A stretch of 64,000 nucleotides of DNA from Sulfurimicrobium sp. (GTDB lineage Bacteria > Pseudomonadota > Gammaproteobacteria > Burkholderiales > Sulfuricellaceae): contig JAUSBJ010000036.1 of NCBI GenBank assembly GCA_030652035.1, forward strand, positions 45,880-109,879, in the 5' to 3' direction. The notes beneath the pieces were generated by a model. It saw only the letters and a list, made by a program, of their open reading frames with translations, made no database searches and was not told where the DNA came from. Positions within the stretch are counted from its first letter, which is position 1. Each line of letters opens with the position of its first letter. Position numbers and translations under genes: made by a program. Positions 21,484 to 27,914 of the stretch are shown piece after piece.

Positions 21484-22079
21484 ACCCTACCAAGGGCTTT
21501 ACCCTGATAGAACTGCTGGTAGCCCTGACCATCTTTGCCGTCATGTCCATCGCCGCCTACCGCGGCCTTTCGACCATGCTGGACGCACGCGCGCGCATCG
21601 AACTGGAAAACCATAAATGGCGCAATGTGGCGCTATTTTTTTCCCGTCTGGAAAACGACCTCGATGCATTCAGGATGCGCCCGGTGCGCGGCACTTCAGA
21701 TCTGCCGCTCCCGCCCCTGGCCGGAAATGCGCTCGCGGTTGGAGAGGATGATGCACAGATCGCTTTCACGCGCGGCGGCTACAGCGGCCAGGAAGGCAAA
21801 TTGAGCGCACCGCAGCGGGTAGGCTATCGTTTGCGGCAGGGCCAGGTGGAATTGCTGACCTGGAACATTCTCGACCAGGCCCCGCGCAGCCGGCCTGAGG
21901 TCTATCGGGCGCTGGGGGGGGTGGCCCAATTCGAGTTGCGCTACCTTGATGCGGCAGGTAACTGGCAAATACAATGGCCATTGCCTGGCCAGCAGGCGAA
22001 TCAGCCGCCAAACGCGCTGGAAGTCAGCCTCACCCTGGGATCTGGTGAGGCGGTGAAACGGGTGTTCGCCCTGCCATGA
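21378..22079 (+). CDS. gspJ: Minor pseudopilin J with an extended, repeat-derived leader
   Basis: GFTLIELLVA after a ~40-aa leader; RVGYRL and WP motifs. Confidence 0.9.
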   Translation: MMGNGSWDMGGKPEGQARRRPVSGFTHHPSPITHHHPTKGFTLIELLVALTIFAVMSIAAYRGLSTMLDARARIELENHKWRNVALFFSRLENDLDAFRMRPVRGTSDLPLPPLAGNALAVGEDDAQIAFTRGGYSGQEGKLSAPQRVGYRLRQGQVELLTWNILDQAPRSRPEVYRALGGVAQFELRYLDAAGNWQIQWPLPGQQANQPPNALEVSLTLGSGEAVKRVFALP

Positions 22080-22993
22080 ACACATGCCGTGAACAGGGTG
22101 CAGCCATAATCACTGCCATGCTGGTGGTGGCGCTTGCCGCGACTGCCGCTTCCTTCATGATGTGGCAGAATCACCTGTGGCTGCGTCAGGTAGAAAACCT
22201 TGACCATCAGGCACAGGCGCGCTGGATCGCACGCACCGCCATCCAGTGGGGCGCAGCCATACTGAATGATGATTCGCGCGATGTCGATCACGAACGCGAA
22301 AAATGGGCGTCCAATCTCCCCCCACTCCCGGCGGAAGGTGGCGAAGTCACTGGTTTCATCAGGGATGCCCAGGGGCTGATCAACCTCAACAACCTGGTGA
22401 GGAATGGCAAGCACAGCCAGAGCGATGTGGTGATATTGACGCGCCTGATGATTGCGCTTGAAATCAACCCAGGTTCAATCAATGCATTGCTGGACTGGAT
22501 GGATGCGGATAATGAAGTCAGCTATCCCGGTGGCGCGGAGGACATCCAGTACCTGGCACTCGAACCGCCTTACCGTGCAGCCAACCGGGCGCTGGAGGAC
22601 GTAAGCGAGCTATATCGGGTACAGGGCTTCAACCGTGAAACCATCCTGAAACTGCAACCCTATGTAACTGCACTTCCTGCCGCGACGACCATCAACGTCA
22701 ACACCGCCCCGGCGGAAGTGCTGATGGCATTGTGCAGCGGCCTGCAGCTAGCCGATGCAACAACATTGATCAAACGCCGCAACAGCCAGGCTTTCAAGGA
22801 CAAGGCGGAGTTTCAAAAACTACTGCCGCAAGGCGTGCAAGCGCGTGACGAGGATTACAATGTCAGCAGCCAATTTTTCAACGCCTCGGCGATCTCGCGC
22901 AACGGACGCGTGCAGGTTGCTTACCAGGCATTGCTGGAGCGGCCCGCTCAGGGCAAGACAATAACCCTGTGGTTAAAACAGATCGAGGAATAA
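22076..22993 (+). CDS. gspK: Minor pseudopilin K
   Basis: QGAAIITAM, INLNNL, LDWMDAD, INVNTAP. Confidence 0.92.
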   Translation: MNTCREQGAAIITAMLVVALAATAASFMMWQNHLWLRQVENLDHQAQARWIARTAIQWGAAILNDDSRDVDHEREKWASNLPPLPAEGGEVTGFIRDAQGLINLNNLVRNGKHSQSDVVILTRLMIALEINPGSINALLDWMDADNEVSYPGGAEDIQYLALEPPYRAANRALEDVSELYRVQGFNRETILKLQPYVTALPAATTINVNTAPAEVLMALCSGLQLADATTLIKRRNSQAFKDKAEFQKLLPQGVQARDEDYNVSSQFFNASAISRNGRVQVAYQALLERPAQGKTITLWLKQIEE

Positions 22994-24201
22994 TGTCACA
23001 ACTGGAAATCCATATCCCGGAAAACTGGCCGCCATCGGATAACGCTGGCGAGGAGGCCGTGACCATCTTTCGCTGGTACTTGCGTGGGCCACAAGGAAAT
23101 CTGCTGCGCTCCGGCCATGACGCGCCGGGCGCGATGCCGACGGCCGGGCACTGCCATATCGTGCTGCCCGCCAGCCGTGTCCTGCTGAGTAGTGTCAAGC
23201 CACCCGCGCAGAACCGCAGAAAATTCATGCAGGCCCTGCCTTATGCGGTGGAAGACCGCATCATGGCAGACCCTGCCAGCATACATGTGGCGGCAGGCGA
23301 GGTGCAGGTGAACGGCGAAATGCCGGTCGCCATCATGGATCGCGCATGGCTGCGCAGGGTACTGGACGCCCTGCAAAGCAGCGGCATCAAGCCTGTGCGC
23401 GCAGAAGTGGAAACCCTGCTCGCACCCTGTGAAACAGGCGAATGGACCCTGATCTGGCGCGCTCACGGCAGTTTCTTGCGGCAAGGGCCGCATAGCGGCA
23501 TCCCGCTGGACGGAGGCGATGCAGCGCACCCCCCGGCGGCACTCCAGTTGGCCCTCTCGGCCGCGGACAATCCGCCCGGTTCGATACAACTCTTTCTCGA
23601 TGGCGCCAGCGCGCCGGACCTGGATGCATGGACTTCCAGCCTCGGCATTCCGGTCAAGGCCGGTGGCGAATGGCAGCGGCCTGCCATGGCAGAGCATGGC
23701 ATCAACCTGCTGCAGGGTGAATTTGCTGCAAGAAGCACACACGCCAACTGGCTGCCGCGCCTGCGTCCGGCACTCATGCTGGCAAGCCTGATTCTGGGTT
23801 TGCATGTGATTTTCACGATTGGCGACTGGGCCATGCTCAAGTTTGAAAAGCACCGCCTGACCGCCTCCATGGAGCAGAGCTTCCGCAAAGCCTTCCCCGA
23901 TGCCAAAGTCATTGTCGATGCGCCGCTTCAGATGCGCCGCAACCTGGCCGAACTGCGCCACAATTCGGGCATGATGAACAGCAACGATTTCCTGCCCCTG
24001 CTGGCGCTGGTCACGCCCAAGCTAGGAGCCCAGGCACAACTGCGCGGCCTCGACTACCAGCAGGAAACCCTTAAAATCAAGCTTACCCTGCCCGATATGG
24101 CCGCTGCGGATAAGCTGCGCTCCAGCCTTCCCCAGGCCAGCCTGACTTCCGGCAGCAGCAGCTCTGGCAGCCTTGAAGCCGAATTGACGATAGGTAAATA
24201 A
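22993..24201 (+). CDS. gspL: Type II secretion protein L
   Basis: ALPYAVED, INLLQGEF, single TM segment; start at MSQLEI inferred. Confidence 0.9.
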   Translation: MSQLEIHIPENWPPSDNAGEEAVTIFRWYLRGPQGNLLRSGHDAPGAMPTAGHCHIVLPASRVLLSSVKPPAQNRRKFMQALPYAVEDRIMADPASIHVAAGEVQVNGEMPVAIMDRAWLRRVLDALQSSGIKPVRAEVETLLAPCETGEWTLIWRAHGSFLRQGPHSGIPLDGGDAAHPPAALQLALSAADNPPGSIQLFLDGASAPDLDAWTSSLGIPVKAGGEWQRPAMAEHGINLLQGEFAARSTHANWLPRLRPALMLASLILGLHVIFTIGDWAMLKFEKHRLTASMEQSFRKAFPDAKVIVDAPLQMRRNLAELRHNSGMMNSNDFLPLLALVTPKLGAQAQLRGLDYQQETLKIKLTLPDMAAADKLRSSLPQASLTSGSSSSGSLEAELTIGK

Positions 24202-24203
24202 AC

Positions 24204-24707
24204 ATGAAAGAAAGCGTAATTTCCTGGTGGCGACAACTTGCGCCGCGTGAACGCCGGCTCATCGCATGGGGTGGCGGTGCCCTGCTGGTCGCGCTGAGCT
24301 ATGCTTATCTGTGGCAGCCGCTCAACACCGAGCGCGTCAAATTAAGGGCCAGCCTGCCACAAATGCGTGCAGACGCAGCGCTCATGACCATCCAGGCGGG
24401 CGAGGCCGCAAACCTGCGCCAGAATACGCATACCACCCTCAGCGGCCCCGCCCTGCAAGCCGCGATCCTGCAAGCCATGATTGAAGCGGGAATAGATGAT
24501 AAAAGTGTGCAGATCACCCTGCTTGACGGTCATCGTGCCAATCTCAGCATCCAGGGCGTTGCTTTCGATCACTGGGCAAACGTGACTGCACGCCTGCAGA
24601 GTGAAAAAAACGTCCGCCTTGAATCCTGCAGCATCGAGGCAATGCCGGAAGCGGGGATGGTTCGGGTGCAGGCGGTGATGGAAACAAAAAATCAAGTCCC
24701 ACTGTAG
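24204..24707 (+). CDS. gspM: Type II secretion protein M
   Basis: WRQLAPRERR then a TM segment ending YLWQP. Confidence 0.9.
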   Translation: MKESVISWWRQLAPRERRLIAWGGGALLVALSYAYLWQPLNTERVKLRASLPQMRADAALMTIQAGEAANLRQNTHTTLSGPALQAAILQAMIEAGIDDKSVQITLLDGHRANLSIQGVAFDHWANVTARLQSEKNVRLESCSIEAMPEAGMVRVQAVMETKNQVPL

Positions 24708-24708
24708 C

Positions 24709-24736
24709 CAGGGAAATTCGACATTTCCCTGTATTT
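24709..24736 (+). terminator. Probable terminator hairpin after the gsp operon
   Basis: CAGGGAAAT-tcgac-ATTTCCCTG-tattt. Confidence 0.5.
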
Positions 24737-24794
24737 GAAAAACGCTCCAGACCGCTGATATTGGATACGGAATTCAGCTATTGGGTATTCGGCA

Positions 24795-25037
24795 GAGTGA
24801 AATCTGGATAACAGCGTTCGCGAGCCACTCAAAAAGAAACTCGCTGAGCGACTGGAAACCCCTCGCGTTCCTGCCGCGGCGCTCGCCGGAATGCCGGACT
24901 GTTACAAGATCAAGCTCCAGCGTGTTGGATATCGACTAGTTTATCGGGTTGAAGACGATACCATTTTCGTTACCGTGATTGCGGTGAGCAAACGCGACAA
25001 ACTCAAGGCTTACGACACGGCGAAATCAAGACTTTGA
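24795..25037 (+). pseudogene. relE: RelE/StbE toxin pseudogene (no start codon, in-frame stop, no antitoxin)
   Basis: Translates E*NLDNSVREPLKKKLAERLETPRVPAAALAGMPDCYKIKLQRVGYRLVYRVEDD...AKSRL*, matching the E. coli RelE pattern GMPDCYKIKL..SGYRLVY. Confidence 0.85.
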
Positions 25038-25166
25038 GCGCATTTGCAAGCAGGCTAAACCTGTGGGCGGATGATTGGCAAGCATCGTTATTTACCGGGA
25101 ACCGTGACCCCCTCAGCAAAGCGCCCCTCCCCTTTAATCCTGCTTGACCTTGCCCAACCTTACAAA
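25033..25166 (+). repeat. ~135-bp non-coding direct repeat, copy 1
   Basis: About 109/137 identity by manual alignment with 25938-26073. Confidence 0.85.
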
Positions 25167-25213
25167 AAAAAGAAACCACACCAGCCAATAAGCCAAAAAG
25201 GAATTGAGTGAGG

Positions 25214-25594
25214 TCAAACCCACATTACCATATCGCCGTACCGGGAAAGAACACCATCGTGGGAAAGTAAGCGCATTGATTCTGTCGCTGCCTGAGCAAC
25301 CATTATCCGGTCGAATGGATCGGCATGATGGGGAGCAAGTCGAGCAAGCGACATCACATGCCTGGCGTGAACCGGCAAAATCACAAAACCCTCTGCCTCG
25401 ATTTCACACAACACCTCTTCCGGATCAACTTGCAGCTTGCCCTTGCCGTTCTTGAGCGCGACCTCCCACAATGCAGCGACACTGACATGGAGAGTGTTAC
25501 CCGAATCAACCATCAATCCATGAGCGATCCTGGGCAAACGGGGATCGTCCGCCAGCCACCAGAGAAGAATATGTGTATCCAGCAGGAGGTTCAT
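25214..25594 (-). CDS. VapC-family PIN toxin
   Basis: LLLDTHILLWW, S.A.LWE, HHADPFDRI. Confidence 0.92.
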   Translation of the reverse strand: MNLLLDTHILLWWLADDPRLPRIAHGLMVDSGNTLHVSVAALWEVALKNGKGKLQVDPEEVLCEIEAEGFVILPVHARHVMSLARLAPHHADPFDRIMVAQAATESMRLLSHDGVLSRYGDMVMWV

Positions 25595-25600
25595 GACAAA

Positions 25601-25858
25601 TCAATCGTGTGGAAAAATTGGCGCGTCATGCCATGCAGCCAATTCCTCTGCGCTCATGGGTGCATCAAAATCTTCAGCCATCCAGATTTTGCCCCTGAGT
25701 GCCCCGGGTTCACGTTTCTTTTGCACCGGGTTTTCGAGTGGAGCGAGCCGCGCCATGGGCTTCCCTGCCTTGGCAATAATCACTTCCTCACCTGCCGCAG
25801 CACGTTCCACCAGACGGGAAAGATGGGTTTTGGCTTCATGGATATTAACTGTTTGCAT
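25601..25858 (-). CDS. Phd/YefM-family antitoxin
   Basis: MQTVNIHEAKTHLSRLVE...GEEVIIAKAGKP; GGAGG RBS; AGACT/AGTCT operator-like palindrome at 25882-25898. Confidence 0.92.
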   Translation of the reverse strand: MQTVNIHEAKTHLSRLVERAAAGEEVIIAKAGKPMARLAPLENPVQKKREPGALRGKIWMAEDFDAPMSAEELAAWHDAPIFPHD

Positions 25859-25937
25859 AATGTCGCGACCTCCGTTCAACCAGACTAAGTCTAGTCTATT
25901 GCAAACATCTCTTATGGGCAATAGCCGAAATCCATAT

Positions 25938-26073
25938 TTTGAGCGCATCTGCAATGCGGGCCAAACGTGTGGGCGGTTGTTGACAAGCATCGAAAGTTTA
26001 TCGGAAAGCATGGCCCTCGCTTCAATGCACCCCTCCCGTTTTCATCCCGCTTGACCTTGCCCCATCTTACAAA
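25938..26073 (+). repeat. ~135-bp non-coding direct repeat, copy 2
   Basis: Matches copy 1; ends in TTGACC-N17, followed by TAGGCT. Confidence 0.85.
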
Positions 26074-26079
26074 TAGGCT
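26051..26079 (+). promoter_or_regulatory. Putative sigma70 promoter of the downstream TA operon
   Basis: TTGACC-17 bp-TAGGCT. Confidence 0.5.
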
Positions 26080-26116
26080 AGACCAACCAACATGACCACC
26101 TTAACAAGGAGGGACA

Positions 26117-26362
26117 ATGCTTCAATGTAATCTATATGAAGCAAAAACCCATTTATCACAACTGGTGCAAGCCGCACTGGATGGCGAGGAAGTTCTGATC
26201 GCGCGATCGGGCAAACCAGCTGTTCGGCTTGTCCCCGTGCATGCAACGGAAAAAACAGGTGGGTGGGGCATATTACCCATTGACCCGGCGGCGCTGGAAG
26301 CCGGGTTTGACACTACCGTTGAAAAAGATGTCGCTGCCCTGTTTCCTTCAGGAGCAGGATAG
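26117..26362 (+). CDS. Phd/YefM-family antitoxin
   Basis: NLYEAKTHLSQLV...GEEVLIARSGKP; AGGAGG RBS. Confidence 0.9.
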   Translation: MLQCNLYEAKTHLSQLVQAALDGEEVLIARSGKPAVRLVPVHATEKTGGWGILPIDPAALEAGFDTTVEKDVAALFPSGAG

Positions 26363-26364
26363 TA

Positions 26365-26732
26365 ATGTCGCGTTTATTGCTGGATACGCGTGGCTTTCCG
26401 CACATCCTCGTCTCACAGAAGACTTCCGGAACATGATCAGCCACAGCGAATGCTGGATTAGCGCAGGCTCATTATGGGAAGTTGCCATCAAATTCCGCCT
26501 GGGAAAGCTGCCCGTGGACCCTGATATTTTGCTCACAACCACTCGTGGCAGCAAAATTCACTTTCTTTCAATCACACCTGAACATACTGCGACTACAGCG
26601 CAGTTGCCAGATATTCATTCAGACCCATTTGACCGCTTGCTGCTTGCCCAGGCCCGGAAAGAGAATCTGATATTACTGACGGCGGATAAAATCCTGGTTG
26701 AATATGGGCAAAATGTGCAGTTGCTCGCCTAA
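26365..26732 (+). pseudogene. VapC-family PIN toxin, frameshifted near the 5' end
   Basis: ATG at 26365 gives MSRLLLDT; the rest (WLSAHPRL...SLWEVAIK...HSDPFDRLL) is in another frame from 26391, consistent with a small deletion. Confidence 0.82.
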
Positions 26733-26770
26733 CGCCAACGTTTTGCTGGACGTCCAGATATTCAGGCCGA

Positions 26771-27265
26771 TCAGCCCTTGACGGTGTTCAAGCGCAGCAT
26801 CAGCGTCATCGGATGCTGTGGCGATTCCTGGAAGCCGTAGTGCTCGTAGAACTGCCTGGCGCGGTCGTGAATCGCATGCACCAACAGCGCCCGGACACCG
26901 GCATTCTGAGAAACCACCACCGCCCGGTTGACGGCGTCCTGCAGAAGGGATGCGCCAAGCTTGATCCCTTGGGCGCGGCGGTCAACTGCAAGTCGAGCCA
27001 GAACCATCACTGGAATGGGATCGGGCATATTCCGGCGCACCGAACTGGTTGCCATCTGGTGCGAGACAGCGCCCGCAGCCATGGCGTAGTAGCCGTAAAC
27101 ACGGCTGTCCTGATCTGCCACGACAAACGTGCGGCTGGCTCCGCTCAATTGATTGATCATTGCACGGCGCTTGAGCCACTCGTCGAGAGCGGTCTCTCCG
27201 CACTCAAATCCATCAAGAATGTGGGTGGCCGCGAGCGGCTGAGGTGCGTAGAGTTGCAAGCTCAT
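26771..27265 (-). CDS. GNAT-family acetyltransferase toxin (TacT/AtaT-like)
   Basis: F.CG...LD.WL, LARLAVD...QG..LG..LL, FY..YGF. Confidence 0.92.
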   Translation of the reverse strand: MSLQLYAPQPLAATHILDGFECGETALDEWLKRRAMINQLSGASRTFVVADQDSRVYGYYAMAAGAVSHQMATSSVRRNMPDPIPVMVLARLAVDRRAQGIKLGASLLQDAVNRAVVVSQNAGVRALLVHAIHDRARQFYEHYGFQESPQHPMTLMLRLNTVKG

Positions 27266-27534
27266 GCCTTGTCTGTGTCCCAAGGCGCCGTCACAGCCAT
27301 GAGGCGCAGAAGCCCTGGATTGTGGCTGGGCGGGGCGTCGAGCATTGCAGTGAATTGCCTGAACTTGTCGGCATCAAGGCTGAAAAAAACCTGGTCAAGA
27401 ACAACCGCCTGCGCGGCTGAGCAGGCAGCCTCGAGCATGAAGTCCGATCGGTTCTTGCCTAACAGAGTTGCAGCATGATCAATCAAGTCTCGCTGCTCGG
27501 GCAATGCCCGCAGATTGATGGCGGCGTCGCGCAT
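27262..27534 (-). CDS. DUF1778 (TacA-like) antitoxin
   Basis: INLRA...QRDLID.AA..LGKNRSDFML. Confidence 0.92.
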   Translation of the reverse strand: MRDAAINLRALPEQRDLIDHAATLLGKNRSDFMLEAACSAAQAVVLDQVFFSLDADKFRQFTAMLDAPPSHNPGLLRLMAVTAPWDTDKA

Positions 27535-27658
27535 GGCTTTCTCCTTTTGGTGCATATACAATAAATACACAAAACATAACCCCATGTGTAGCTGTTGTCA
27601 ATACACTATTTCCCTTGTGCGGCGAGTCGGGTTGTCGGCAGCATGTTGAACCCAAAAA

Positions 27659-27793
27659 AAGCAGTTAACCGCAAAGGGCGCAAAGGAACGCGAAGGAATT
27701 CAGTCGCTTGGACGGCGTGTGCGGCATACCCGATGGGTGATCCGTTCAAATTCATTAACGCCTTGTTTTACTTTGCGATCCTTTGCGGTGAAA
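27659..27793. repeat. Palindromic element with 9/10-bp periodic arms, copy 2 (longer loop)
   Basis: aaccGCAAAGGgcGCAAAGGaacGCGAAGG ... ttttaCTTTGCGatCCTTTGCGGTGAAA. Confidence 0.8.
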
Positions 27794-27813
27794 TGCGGTT
27801 TTCAGGATCATTG

Positions 27814-27867
27814 TGACGCTGCAAAAGCAAAGGCCCCGACTTTGGAGCGTTTGCTTTTGCAGCGTCA
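27814..27867. terminator. 18-bp perfect inverted repeat; terminator or small repeat element downstream of pilY1
   Basis: TGACGCTGCAAAAGCAAA ... TTTGCTTTTGCAGCGTCA. Confidence 0.55.
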
Positions 27868-27914
27868 GGGGTGAGAGACACGCGATTTTATGCCCGTCCC
27901 TCACCGGATGGAAC

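Noticed and set aside
26229-26732. 167-aa ORF as an intact VapC
   Set aside because: Its N-terminus overlaps the antitoxin out of frame and lacks LLLDT; the true start is 26365 followed by a frameshift.
24709-27600. TA array as a bona fide integron
   Set aside because: No intI, no complete attC with paired R''/R' and L boxes, and mixed gene orientation.
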